The notes below the pieces were generated by a model, which was not told where the DNA came from, made no database searches, and saw only the letters and a program-made list of their open reading frames with translations. DNA of 64,000 nucleotides, taken from positions 10,638,978 to 10,702,977 of the forward strand of contig NC_083409.1 of the NCBI RefSeq assembly GCF_020745735.1. The letters are read 5' to 3'. The stretch comes from Hemiscyllium ocellatum (lineage: Eukaryota). A program made the translations under genes and the position numbers. Positions 23,101 through 35,666 of this stretch are shown in pieces (position 1 is the stretch's first letter; each line of letters starts with the position of its first letter).

Positions 23101-23659
23101 GGTCACACTCCCCGACATTACACTCCATCTGCCCAATATTTCTTCAAAGCCCAGCTGTATCTAATATTCAGCAGGATGGATCTTCACTGAGAAACAGCCA
23201 TTTGTAACTAGAATAATGATATCTCTGAGAATCGCATTTATAATTATTTTATTGAAGCTTTCATTAGGTCTGTGTTGATTGACACAATGCTCTGGTTTGG
23301 GCTTTGCTGTCTGTACAAACCATCTGTAATGTCTTTGCTGCAATGGTTCACATTTACATCATCAAACTCACACTCCAAATATCCCGTCATTATTCTCCAT
23401 GGGATTCACTGGCATTGGCTCAGATCGAACTCCCAGCAGCTGCAATGGAGGGAGGGATACGGCTTAGAGAGCAAGAGATGGAGCACAGGGACAGAGAGAG
23501 ACACAGAGAGAGAGAGAGAGAGAGAGATGGAGCACTAAGAGAGAGGGGGATAGAGCTTGGACAGAGAAAGAGGAATGGAACTCAGAGTGAGATCTATGCA
23601 GCTGAGTTAGAGAGGGGTGGGGAGAGAGAATGAGTGAGAGAGATGGAGTCAAGGAGTTC

Positions 23660-26600
23660 TATGTCAAAGATAAATTATACTCTGTTAAAGATTGCACTGG
23701 ATGAATGCTGACTCTCTGACTCTATGAACACTACCCACAAAGCTGTCTAACTTTGTGTCATTAGCAAACTAGAGTATCTGACTTTCTATGCCATTATCCA
23801 ATGCATTAATAAATAATGTAAATAATTGAGGTGTGCGCACACATTCCTATTGGACACCACTGGTCACATCCTGCCAATTTCAGCACTTATCCATGATCCC
23901 TATTTTCTGTCACCTGTCAACCAATTTCGGTATGGCAGTATTTTAGCCTCAATTCTGTGGATTTCTAACTGAGTTGAACAGTTTCTTACATGGGATTTTA
24001 TCAAATGCCTTCTGGAAGTGCCTATAAACAACATCCATTGACATTACTGTGTCCAGTAATTTTGTTTCCTCTTCAAAAATGTTCAATGAGTTTTTTTCAC
24101 CATGACCAACTTGTCATGAATCCATGCTGATTCTCCCTGATTAACTGACCATTTTCAAGGTCTTCAGTTACCCCCATCCTTGATTATAGACAGCAACAAT
24201 TTCCACACCACAAACGTTGGCTTCGTGACCTGTAATTCCCTGGTTTTTCTCTAACATTCTTGTTAAATGTGAAATGAAATTTGCAATTTTCCAATTCAGA
24301 AGTACGACTCCTGAATCCAGGTAACTCTGAAAGATTATAGTCAGGGTATCTGCAATGTGGTCTATGACTACTTTATCACTCTCAGGTCCTGAGGATTTGT
24401 CACTCTTTAGTTCCATTATTTTCCTTATTACACATGTTCTATTGACATTAACTTTATTTAGGTGACACAATGGTTAGCACTGCTGCCTCACAGCACCAGA
24501 GTCCCTGGTTCAATTCCAGCCTCGGGCAACTGCCTGTGTGGAGTTTGCACATTGTCTGCATGGGTTTCCTCCTACTATCCAAAGATGTGCAGGTCAGGTG
24601 AATTGGCCACACTAAATTGCCCATAGCGTTAGGTGCATTAGTCAGAGGGAAAATGGGTCTGGGTGGGTTACTCTTCGGAGGGTCGGTGTGGACTGGTTGG
24701 GCCAAAAGGCATGTTTGCACACTGCAGGGAATCTAATCAGTCCCTGACACAGATCCTCTGTTAATTCCTTTGGGACTTCAGGCAAGTCCTCTTCCTTTTC
24801 TGCTGCAAATCTTGAGGTAAAGTATTTATTTAACATGGCTGTCATTTCCCCATTGTCACTTTCAGTCTTTAATGGCCAACATTGCTCCTGACCTCCCAGC
24901 TTCCCTTTTATGGAACTGTAACATTTCTCCTTATTGATTTTGTTCTCCCTTACATGTTTCCTTTCAGAATCCCTTTTGGTAGCTCTTAGAAGCTGATATG
25001 AGGCCCTTTTGTATCCTTCCCATTCAGCGGAATCTGTCCTTTTTTTGGCTTTTCTGTAAGCCTTTTTTAAACATTTTATTCTTTCCCTTATCTCTTTAAT
25101 TGACCATTGTTGTTTGTTCGCTTTTCCCTCTCAGGTATAAACTGGCTTTGTTTTGTGCTGAATGTTCCTTTAAGTATTCCCCACTGTTCTTCAGTTGTTT
25201 TACCCATGAGCTGATTTTCCCAGTTTACTGTGGACTGTCTCTGTCGCATCTCGTTAAAGTCGGCCCTTACCTTAATCTCAAATTCTAGCAGCTGATTCAT
25301 GCTTTTTACTTTCAAATGCGACACTGAACTAGATCATGTTATGATCACTATTTGATAAATATTCATGCACAAATAGTTACGAACTAAATCTGGCTCATTA
25401 TTCATTACTAATTCCAATATTGCTTGTCCCCTTGTTGTATCCAGGACCTATTGCTGTTGGAAACTATTCTGGACACACAGCAGCAATTCACTACCTTTCT
25501 GACAGAGGGCTTGTCTGTCTCCCAATCTCAGTTAAAGTTAAACTTCCCCATTAATAATACACTGGCTTTGCTACACACTTGTCTAATTCCTCCATTTATA
25601 TAATCCAGCACCTCAGAGCTGCTGTCAGGGGGGTCTGTATCCAACATCTATTACAGTTTTCGATCCTTTCCTGCTCCTCAGTCCCACTGAATGTTTTCTC
25701 CTCATTATGACCTCCCTCACCATTGAAGCCATTTTTTCCCTCATCAATGAAGCTGCTCCACCTCTTCTGCCATTTCCCATATCCATCCTGTGAACCTTCT
25801 AACCCGATAGATATCGTTCCCAATCTGAATGATTCTGCAACTATGGCTCAGTAATTGATCCGATACCACAATCTTAAATTTGAATTTGTGCCTGCAGATT
25901 ATTGTATTTATTCCTTACGCTCCGTGCATTCGTATATAGAACTCGTATTTGGTCCATTCACTGGAATCTGTTCCTCAGCACTGATGCTGTATTCACCTCT
26001 TTCTTATTTCTCTCCATCTGTCTAATCAATATCCTTCTGATAGCTTTCCTGATATTGTCCAAATAGGGCCTTTTGCCGATTTTTGTTGATGTTGTTGGTC
26101 CCAACACAGACAACAACAACTGGATCCTCAACCGCCCCCACCCCTCCACACCCCCAGGTCTGTTATACTTAAAAGCCGGCTCGAGATGCCCTTACCTTGA
26201 AACCAGGCAGGAAACACACCAAGTGGGGCTCTCAATCCTGCTCACAAAGGATGCTATCAGTTCCCCTCATTATCAAGACCCCTCTTTTCTTTATGCTCCC
26301 CCAATCTGAGTGGTCTCCTGGACCATGGTGCAGTGGTTTCCTTCATTCATTCATAGGAAATGGACATCTCTGGCCAAGCCAGCAATGACTGCCCTTAGGA
26401 GTCATCGAATTATAGAATCCATACAGTGTGAAACAGGCCATTCAGACCAATGAGTCCACACCAACATTCTGAAGAGCATCCCACCCAGACTTGTCTCCCT
26501 ACCTTATCCCTGTAAATCTGCATCTCCCATGGCTAATGCACCTAACCTACACATCCCTACATTTTCCCCAGTTTAGACATTATAATTTCTGCCCTATCTT

Positions 26601-27050
26601 TATCTTTTTATATAATGACTTTGAAACTTACAGAGTTATGGTCACTATCACTAAAATCCTCAAACTACATTTGCCCATTCTCCCGACAATCCTTTTCCTC
26701 ATTGACACAGGGAGCAAGTACCTCATTCCTGTTGGACAAGGAGCTGAGGCACCTGTAAGGCTAAATCCAGGCTGCATCGGCCTGTTCACTTTTGGTCACA
26801 CCCTCCTGTCCCTGACCACTGGCCATAATTTGAAGTATTTAACCTACAAGGTGTGACTGTCTCCCCAAACACAGTGTCCAGGTAACTCTCCCCCTCCCTG
26901 ATGTGTCGCAGTGTTTGAAGCTCAGATTCCAGCTCATCAACTCTGAGCTGGAGTGTCTTGAGCAACCAACACTTGCTGTAGATGTGGTCACTCTGAGCTA
27001 CAATGGGCTCCACCAGCTTCCCCATCGTACAATTACTACACATCGCCCGG
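23660..27050 (-). mobile_element. Old fragmented CR1 (RT, EN and ORF1 N-terminus) interrupted by SINEs
   Basis: ORF 26786-27043 reads CSNC...SDH.YSKC.LLKTLQLRVDELESELQTLRHIREGESYLD (CR1 ORF1 Zn-finger/leucine zipper). RT and EN remnants lie at 23900-25800. Confidence 0.7.
24465..24740 (+). mobile_element. HE1-type (V-SINE) SINE
   Basis: tRNA-like head tggttagcactgctgcctcacagc...ggttcaattcc, V-domain gtgtggagtttgcac, tail aatctaatc. Confidence 0.85.
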
Positions 27051-27469
27051 CCCTGTATGTGGGAATTATTTGAGGAGATTTTAATTTATATTTTAAAATT
27101 TGCTGCTGGTCTTTAGTTTTTAATCTGTAAAATATTTCCGTCAAGGAGACAGAGAAGATGCCAGCACAGGAGGAGGCTGTTCAGCTCCTCGTGTCAGTGC
27201 TAGCTGTTTACGAGCCTCAATTACAATGAACATCTCCATTGAATGTCTGTTGTCAGGAAGTGATTGAGTCTGTTTTTAAAGGCAGAATAACGGACAAATA
27301 TGAACTGGTCCGAGAGAGACAGCCTGGATTGACAAAGGTTCAGACATCTTTAAATAACCGGATTACACTTTGTTAGGAGCTCATTAGTTTGGGATATAAG
27401 GGAATGTCGATGGCTATTGTCTATCGGGACTTCCAAAAAACATTTAAGTATGTTCCACAAAAGAAGCAT

Positions 27470-27620
27470 TGGTTCAGATCTTACACTCCACAACCATCTG
27501 ATGAAGGAGCAGTGCTCCAAACGCTAATACTTCCAAACAAACCTGTTGCATTAGAACCTGGTGTTGTGTGATTTTTAACATTTACATAACAGTCCAACAC
27601 CGGCATCTCCTAATCATGGA
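27470..27620 (+). mobile_element. Penelope pLTR fragment, second subfamily
   Basis: CTGATGA-A-GGAG-CAGTG-CTCC at 27498-27518, followed by aaacctgttg...cctggtgttgtgtgattttt. Confidence 0.65.
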
Positions 27621-28309
27621 ATTGATTGGAATTTGAGAAATGCATTTACCTTGGGTCAGGAATGGGTCTGTCTAGGAGACAGAGAGGAAGGATAATGTGC
27701 GTGTGTTCCAATGAGACAGATGTGAGTAGTGTTATTCCCAGGGATCTGTGCTGGGACCTCAGCTTTTCACGATATTTCTCAATGATTTGGATGAAGAAAC
27801 AGAGAGCCATATATCCAAGATTATTGATCACACTGAGTGAGGCAGCTTGGAGGAGGTCACAGAGATAGGGAGGGTGGAAGAACAGGGAGCAGATTGAGAA
27901 CAAGGATGAGAATTTAAAAATCGAGGTGTTGCTGGACCAGGAGCTTATGTCAGTCAGTGAGGATTGTGGTGGTCATGGTGGGGTGGGGAGGTTTGGGCAG
28001 GGGTATGGGGTGGACTTGGTGTGAGTTTGAAAACAGACAGCAGAGTTTGGGATGAGCTGATGTTTACGGAAGTCAGTGGCTGTGATGTGGGCCTGGATAT
28101 CATTGGAATGGTCACAAAAACATGGTTGAGATTTTCAGTGGCTGATAATTGTGATGTGGAGGATTTGGGCCTCAAATCAGCCCCAAAGATGAGGCCAAAG
28201 TTGTAAAGAGTCTGGTTGAGCAGCAGACAGTGCTCAGGGAGAGGGATGGAGCTTGTACCAGGAGCTGAAGAGGATGGCTTTGATCTTCCCAATGTGTTTC
28301 CCAGTGAGC

Positions 28310-28558
28310 CTGGCTCCTCAGTCCTGACTGCTCTTAGCTGCTGTGATTGTCACTGATTGGACACTTATTATTAGAGTTTCTGACCACAGCAGAAAGCCCC
28401 AGTGTAAAAAATAAATGCAAAGACTGTCAGAGCACAAGGTTGAAACTTCATCAAGAGAGGAAGTGAAAGAAAGAGCTCGGAGCAGCTGGGTGTTTGTTAC
28501 TGAGATGGGAGAAAACTGTAAACTGTCTGCACTCCCTGGAATCTGACAGCACAGGAGG
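28310..28558 (+). promoter_or_regulatory. Candidate B-cell enhancer upstream of V-B
   Basis: ACCACA 28383-28388, GGAAGTGAAA 28459-28468, CAGCTG 28483-28488. Inverted homologue of 8233-8470. Confidence 0.55.
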
Positions 28559-29123
28559 AGGCCATTCAGCCCATCATGCCTTTGAATGACCCAGTGAATC
28601 CCACTGCTCCCCTCTCTCTCCCCATAACCCAGCAAATCTTTCCTTTACAGCTCAATCTCCAATTCTCTCTTATAGACCTCATGTCCACAGAGTGAGACTG
28701 CCCTGAACCTGGGCTTCAAATTGGCATCTCATTCATTCATTGGGAGACAAACTGCCTGGGCTGGGAAATGGAGTTCAGGATCCTGAACATTCCCTCTCCC
28801 CTCCTGAGGGACACTTCATTTGGTTTTGCATATTCACTTGTGGGAAGTGGGCTTCACCGGCTGGGCCAACATTTTTTACCCTGTCCCTAGTTTCCCTGGA
28901 GAAGGCGGTGGGAACCTGACTTTTTGACTATAGTCCACAAGACGTAAGTTGACCCACAATGCTGTTGGGGAGAGAATGCCAGCATTTTAACCCAGCAAGG
29001 CTGAGGGATCAGCGACATATTTCCAAGTCCGGATGCTAAGCTTTTTTGAGGGGAACTTGCAGCTCACAGTGTTCCCATGTATCTGCTGCTCTTGTTCTAA
29101 ATGGAAGTGAACGTGGGTTTGGA

Positions 29124-29321
29124 GGGAAACCAAAAGAACTGCAGATGCTGTAAATCTGAGACAAAAATAGAAAGTGCTGGAAAAGCTCAGCAGGTCTGGC
29201 AGCATCTGTGAAGAGAAATCAGAGTTAATATTTCATGCTCAACCCGAAATGTTAATTCTGATTTCTCTCCAAGATGCTGCCAGACCTGCTAAGCTTTTCC
29301 TGCAATTTCTATTTTTGTCCA
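29124..29321. mobile_element. Penelope-derived fold-back insert
   Basis: Arms at about 29161-29234 and 29247-29318. TSD tgggtttgga at 29114-29123 and 29322-29331. Confidence 0.7.
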
Positions 29322-29649
29322 TGGGTTTGGAAGGTGCTATCTGAAGATCGGTGATGAATTTCTGCAGTGCATCTTATCGATAATACACACTGCTGCTATG
29401 GAGCGTCAGTGACGGTGAGTTTGGATGCTTTGAGAATGCGATGCCAATCAAGGAGTTTGCTTTGCTCTGGATGGTATCAAGCTTTTTGAGTGGATAAGAA
29501 AGACATAGGATACAATCGACATAGATAGGAAAGGTTTCAAGGGATATGTGTGAAATGCAGGCAAATAAGATGAGTTCACTTCAGAAAACCTGGTCAGCAT
29601 GTAGAAGTTTGGCTTAAGGGTTTGTTCCTGTGCTGTATGACTCTGTGAA

Positions 29650-30950
29650 TGTTGTTGGAGCTGCACCTGTCCAGGCAAGTGGGGAGTATTTGCTCACACT
29701 CCTGACTTGGTTGACAGGCTTTGGGGGATCAGGAGTTGAATTACTGGATGCAGTATTCCTAGCCTCTAACTTGCTCTTGTAACCACTGTGTTTCTTTGGT
29801 GAATCCAGTTGTGTTTCTGGTCAATGGCACCTCAAGAATGTTGATCGTGGGGATTCAGTGATGGTAATAGCATTGATTGTCAAGGGGCGATGTTAAGTTT
29901 GTCTCTTATTGGTGATGGTGATTGGCTGGCATTTGCATGGCACCAATGGGAAATGTCACTTCTCAGACAAAACCTGGATATTGTCCAGATATTGTTGCAT
30001 TTGCACGTGGACTGCTTCAGTATCTGAGGAGTTGAGAAGAGTGCTGAGCATTATGCAATCTTTGGCAATCATCCCCATTTACGAGTTTGCCTTGAGTTGC
30101 AATATCTGTTTGGAGTCTGTCCTATTTAGTACGGTGATAGTACCACACAACACAATGGAGGGGATTCTCAATGTGAAGGTCAGACTTTGTTTCCACAAGG
30201 ACTGTGTGATGGTCACTCTTACCAACACTGTCAAGGACAGATGCATCTACAGCCACAAGATTGGTGAGGATGGGGTCAAGCATCTTTTTCCATCTTTTGG
30301 TTCCAGCTGCAGAGCCAGTCCCTCAGCTACACCCATGAGGAACCAACCAGCTCGATCAGTAATGCTGCTGCCGAGCCACTCTCAGTGGTGGACATTGAAA
30401 CCCCCCACCCAGAGTACACTCTCTGCTGTCATCACCCTCAGTGCTTCCTCCAAATGTTGTTCAACACCCAGGAGAGACTGATTCATCAGCCGAGGGAGCA
30501 AGATATCTTGTAATCACCAGGAGGTTTCCTCGCCCATGTTTAACCTGGTGTCATGAGGTCCAGAGCCAGCTTTGAGATTTCCCAGGGTAACTCCCTTCTG
30601 GCTGTAGACCACTGTGTCATCAGCTCTGCTGGGTCTGCCTTTCTGGTGGGACAGGACACATGCAGGGACAGTGATGGTAGTGTCTGGGACATTGTCTGTA
30701 TGGTTCTGTGAGTATGACAGTGTCAGGCTGTTGCTTGACTAGTCTGTGAGACAGCTTTCCTGAATTTGGCACTAACTCCCAAATGTCAGTAAGGAGGACA
30801 GAGCAGGGTAGACAGGACTGTTTCTGTCATTGTCTTTTCGGTGTCTAGATCGATGCCTGTGGTCCGTCCGGTCTCATTTCTTTGTTGAAACATTGTCACA
30901 ATTGATAAAACTGAGAGCCTTGCTCGGCCATTTCAGAGGGCACTAGAGAG
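29650..30950 (-). mobile_element. LINE endonuclease-region relic
   Basis: The minus strand reads GGFNVHH*EWLGSSITDRAG near 30350-30410. Confidence 0.6.
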
Positions 30951-33574
30951 TCAACCACATTGCTAGAGGACAGTGCCGTGTACCCCGGCAGTACATTCCC
31001 ACCTCCCCCACTTCCCCATTCTGTATATGGAAGGCGGAAGCCTGCCAGCAGGATATTCAACCACAGGAGCTATCACAGCCCGTGTGCAATTCTGTCCCCA
31101 CATTAAATCCACACAAATCTTGAATTCACATAACTCCTTCAATGTCCAAACATTCCAAGAATGTTCACAAAGTTGCAGTAAGAGGGATGGGGGAGAGGGT
31201 GGAGGAACATAAGAACTAGGAGCAGGAGCAGGCAATTCAGCCCCTTGAGCCCACTCCACCATTTAATACAATCATGGCTGATCCCATCTCAGACTCAACT
31301 CCACTTTCCTGCCCACTCTCCATCATCCTTTAACCCATTACCCATTAAATATCTGTCCATCTCCTCCTTGGTGTGAGACAGGGAAGGGACCACTCCATTT
31401 CAGAAAAGACTGACCATGGAAGGGGAAGGAGAGGGGAAGGGATTGGAACATGTTGTGAATGGACAGGATGGGTCAGTGGGTCAGAGCTTGTCCTGTGCCT
31501 CCAACTCACGCTGATGGCCTGAGGATCTCCTCTCTCTGCTGGGCCTTCATGGAATGAGCTTTGTGTCCAAATCAGTCCCCAGTGAGAATAGGCCAACAGC
31601 ACAGAACTGCACAGAACTGCCCTTCATTTGACCAGAATCTGTCCATCTTCCTGACAGAGGCCAAACCCTGGTCAACGTGGAAATGGGGCCTTACTCCAGG
31701 AGAAGACAGGGGTCAAGGGTTAACATCCATTAGTGGAGCAGAGCAGAGGGAGATTTATCCTGCATTCAACTGTCACCACCCAGGACACTGTCAGAAAGAG
31801 AGAGCAGTGAGGCAGAGAGAGAGATGGAGGGAAAAATAGTGAGTGTGGGCGTGTGTGTGTGTGTGTGTGTGTGAGTGAGAGAGAGAGAAAGAAAGAAAGA
31901 AAGTGAGAGAGAGAGATAGAGGGACGAGCATCTGATACGGTGTAAGATATGTGAGGGGACCGAGAGAGTTCAAGGGAGGTAGAAATGGTGAGGCTGAGGG
32001 ATAGAGAGTGAAACAAGATGTGAGACAGTGTGACTGAGAGGGATGGAGAGAGAGAAAGAGACAAGGAGAGAGAGAGAGAGAGTGAGAGACAGGATGGGTG
32101 TGAGACTAAGCATGAAGAGAGTTGAGAGGGAGGGTAGGGTTGAGTGTGAGAGAGAGAGATGAGTATGGGTAGATTTATAATGACAGAGAGAGAGAGGGAG
32201 AGAGACTGTAAATTGGGAGGTCGAGAGGGAAGGAGAGAGAAAGAGGGAGGAATAGAGAGTGACAGATAACAATTGGAGGCTTTTAATTGAAGTGAGAGAG
32301 GGAGCGAGTAACAGAGACAGTGAGAGATGGAGAAACAGATGATAAGATGGAGTGAGAAAGCATCAGTGAGTTGGAGAGAGTGGCTATGAGACAGAGTGTG
32401 TGTGTGTGTGTGAGAGAGAGGGAGAGAGAGAGAGAGAGAGAACATGAAAGAGATTAACAGTGGGAGAGAGAGGTAGAGGTAGAGAGAAAGAAATGGCAGA
32501 TGTGAGTCAGAGAGAGAGAGGGACAGGTCCTGGTCACCACACTCTGGGAAGAATGTGATTGTACCTGAGAGGGTACAGGGGAGATTTCCCAGGATGCTGC
32601 CTGAATGTGAGCTTTGAGCAGTGAAGGCTTAACAGGGACCTGATAGAGAGGGATAAGATTATTCAGAACAGTGACAGGGTAGGTAGGATGGCACTTTTTA
32701 CATGAGTAAAAGACTTAAAAACCTGGTACAGAGATTGAAGGTAACACAGACATGGACACGTAGAAACTTGGAGCAGCAGTAGGCCATTCGGCCCTTTGAG
32801 TCTGCTCTGTCATTCAGTATGATCATGGCTGTATCAATTTTTGAATGTCATAATTTCTTCGAGGGTCAGTGTGGGCTTGTCGGGCCAAATGGCCTGTTTC
32901 CACACTGTAGGCATTCTATGATCTATGGCTGATCCTCTCTCTCAAAGCCATATTCCTGCCTTCTCCCCATTCTCTTCAAGTTGTTAAAATGCAAAACAAT
33001 TATCTCTCTTGTTTTCTTGAATATATTCAGTTCCTTGTCCTCCACAGCCTTCAGTGGTAGCGAATTCCACAGGTTGACCACCCTCTGAGTGAAGAAATGT
33101 TTCCTCATCTCAGTCCTAAATGGTCTACCCTGTATCCCCCTGAGCCTGTGTCCCCTGGTTCCAGACTCCCCAACCAGGGGAAACCTCCTCCCTGCCCAGC
33201 CCTGTTACAATTTTATATGTTTCAATCAGATCCCCTCTCATCGTTCTGAACACGAGTGAGTCCATGGCCAGGCGAGTTGGAGAGTTGGAGAGTGAGAGGA
33301 GAGTTGAGAAGAAATGTTTTCACCCAGAGGGTGGTGGGAGTCTGGAACTCACTGCCTGAAAGGCTGGTTGAGTCACAAACTCTCGTGACATTGGAGCAGT
33401 GTTTAGATATTCCCTTGTGTTGCTGTAACCTCCAGGGTAACGGGCCAAGAGCTGGAGGATGGGATTAGTGTCATCAGACCGCTGTTTACCAGCACAGACA
33501 CAATGGGCCAAATGGCCTCATTCAATGTTGTTCACATCAATGACTCTGAGACAGAGAGAGAGAGAGAGAGAGAA

Positions 33575-33671
33575 GAGGAAGTGTGAGGGGCTGACGTGGC
33601 TCTCTCTGCCTGATGCCATTTACATACTGAGGAACACCCAGTCAGACTCTCACAGGCTGCAGCTTTATAAA
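33575..33671 (+). promoter_or_regulatory. V-B promoter
   Basis: GAGGAAGTG 33575-33583, TGACGT 33592-33597, ATTTACAT 33618-33625, TATAAA 33666-33671, then ATG at 33732. Confidence 0.75.
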
Positions 33672-33731
33672 GCAGAGCCCAGTGAAGGGAGAGTTTATCA
33701 GGAACCAGGCACAGGGACAGGAGCACACACC

Positions 33732-33780
33732 ATGATTTCACACATCCAGCTGATCTGGCCCCTGGCATTCTGTGTCGCAG
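33732..33780 (+). CDS. IGKV: Leader exon of V-B (MISHIQLIWPLAFCVA-G)
   Basis: ATG at 33732, 49 nt, GT donor at 33781, 186-bp intron ending in AG at 33965-33966. Confidence 0.95.
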
Positions 33781-33966
33781 GTACAAATCTCTCTCCTTCC
33801 ACCTTGAATCTTTCGCTGCTCTCCATTTCACTCCAATTCCACTGACTTGTGATTGAAGGGAAAATGCTGAAACCAGAGGAATGCTCAGTGTCTCCAACAA
33901 TCTCTCATTTGACAGGCTCTTTCTGTGACAGTTCTGACTTCACTGTGTTTCTCTCTGACCCCTCAG

Positions 33967-34265
33967 GTATCAGTGGGGACATCACCATGACCCAGTCTCC
34001 CCCGGTGCTGTCAGTGGGACTGGGCCAGACCGCAACCATCACCTGTAAGGCCAGTCAAAGCATTAGCAGCTACCTTGCTTGGTACCAGCAGCGAGAAGGT
34101 CAGAAACCCTCTCTCCTGATCTATGATGCAACAACTCGATTCACAGGAGTCTCCGATCGATTCACCGGCAGTGGATCAGGGACCAGTTTCACCCTGACAA
34201 TCAGCAACGTTCAGAATGAGGATGTCGCTGACTATTACTGTCAGCAGCATAGCAGCTACCCTCAA
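33967..34265 (+). CDS. IGKV: Ig kappa-type (NS4-like) V exon, cluster B, apparently functional
   Basis: Translates as [12 protein letters not shown]...[19 protein letters not shown]...[12 protein letters not shown]...[12 protein letters not shown]. The short CDR1 and the V-12/J-23 RSS layout are kappa-type. Confidence 0.96.
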
Positions 34266-34293
34266 CACAGTGACACAGAGCTGTACAAAAACC
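34266..34293 (+). other. 12-RSS of V-B (perfect)
   Basis: CACAGTG 34266-34272, 12 nt, ACAAAAACC 34285-34293. Confidence 0.97.
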
Positions 34294-34729
34294 TCAACAC
34301 GCACAACACCACCTCCTGGACTGACACATCGCACAGTTACATAAAATGTATAATAATGAACACACAGTCTCACCGCCTGAAGTGATATATCCAGTTAGAT
34401 CTGAATGAAACTGATCAAATTACCCCAAACTGGGATTTCCACTGTCCACGGCACACTCCAGTCCCTGTGGTGTCTCAACGCTCACTGAAGGCCTCAAGTT
34501 TCCCTCTTACACTACATGGCCACATGTGAAGAGCTGCCTCAAGATTTAACATCGAAAAATAAATTTCACAAACCTCCCGAGCCCAGCTGGAAACAACCCA
34601 GAGAGACAGAGAGAGAAAGACACATGAATGAGGGAGAGACAGAGAGGGGCAGGGAGAGGGTGAGAGTGAGTGAGAGACACACAGAGACAGAGAGAGGTTG
34701 ACAGTGATAAGAGGGAAGCAGAGAGCTGA

Positions 34730-34768
34730 GGTTTTTGTACAGCCTCTGCACTGGGAGCTCTCACTGTG
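34730..34768 (-). other. 23-RSS of J-B (perfect)
   Basis: GGTTTTTGT 34730-34738, 23 nt, CACTGTG 34762-34768. Confidence 0.97.
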
Positions 34769-34803
34769 GCTTACGTTCGGTAAAGGAACCAAGCTCAGAC
34801 TGA
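34769..34803 (+). CDS. IGKJ: Ig kappa-type J segment, cluster B (LTFGKGTKLRL)
   Basis: G CTT ACG TTC GGT AAA GGA ACC AAG CTC AGA CTG A|GTAAGT. The FGxG motif and donor are intact. Confidence 0.96.
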
Positions 34804-34909
34804 GTAAGTAAACCTCAATCCTCTGTTATTAACCCTTTCAATACTGAAACACACTTTCTAAAATACAGTTGCTGATTTGTTGAAGGTGTTAGTGGGAAGC
34901 TGCAGTGAA

Positions 34910-35177
34910 TGAAATGGTTGATTGAGGAGCACTGTGTCTAACAGGGTGTCCAGCTGTATTTCTTTACTTTCATGCCCTCTTTAAAAAAAGCAAGATATAA
35001 GTCAGTAAGTTTTACTCACCGTGTGGAGGAGCTCTGTCCATTTGCAGCCTGTGGTCCCATTCCTGCAGCATGGAGTGAAATCAGTGAGTAGCCTCCTGCC
35101 AGTCTCAGTGTGACGGACACGGGCAGAGTTTGATGTGAGCTCTGGCTCCCTGTCCCAGTCTCTGATCTCACTGACCT

Positions 35178-35215
<38 letters not shown>

Positions 35216-35280
35216 CAGTGAGACACCGAGCTCCCACCTCCCCCAGCTTTAACTCTGCTCAATCACACAATCACAGAATT
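34910..35280 (+). promoter_or_regulatory. Conserved J-C intron block of cluster B, containing (CAG)12
   Basis: CAGCTG 34951-34956, TGTGGT 35050-35055, (CAG)12 35178-35213, CACAGTG 35214-35220. Homologous to 1085-1440. Confidence 0.4.
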
Positions 35281-35666
35281 GTTACAGTGCACAAGGAGGC
35301 CATTCCGTCCATCCTGTCTGGACTAGCTCTCCGAATGAGCAATTCACTGAGTGTCATTCTCCTGCCTTCTCCCTGTCACCCTGCACATTGTTCCTTTTCA
35401 GATAACAGTCTCATTCCCTTCGGAATGTTTCAATTGAAGCTGCCTCCACCACACTCTCAGGCAGTGCATTCCACACCTTAACCACCCACTGGCTGAAAAT
35501 GTTTTCCCTCATCTCACTTTTCTTACTTTTCCAATTACTTTCAATCTGTGGCCTCTCGGTCTCAATCCTTTCACAAGTGGAATCATTTTCTCCCTATTTA
35601 CTCTGTTCCAGGCCCCTCCTGATTTTGAATTTCTGGAACAATTCTCCTCGCTGCCTTCTCCAAAGA

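Noticed and set aside
31720-32445. Long Ser/Leu/His-rich ORFs (also 3803-4216, 49079-49912)
   Set aside because: They are translations of TC/CA microsatellite or C-rich transposon DNA.
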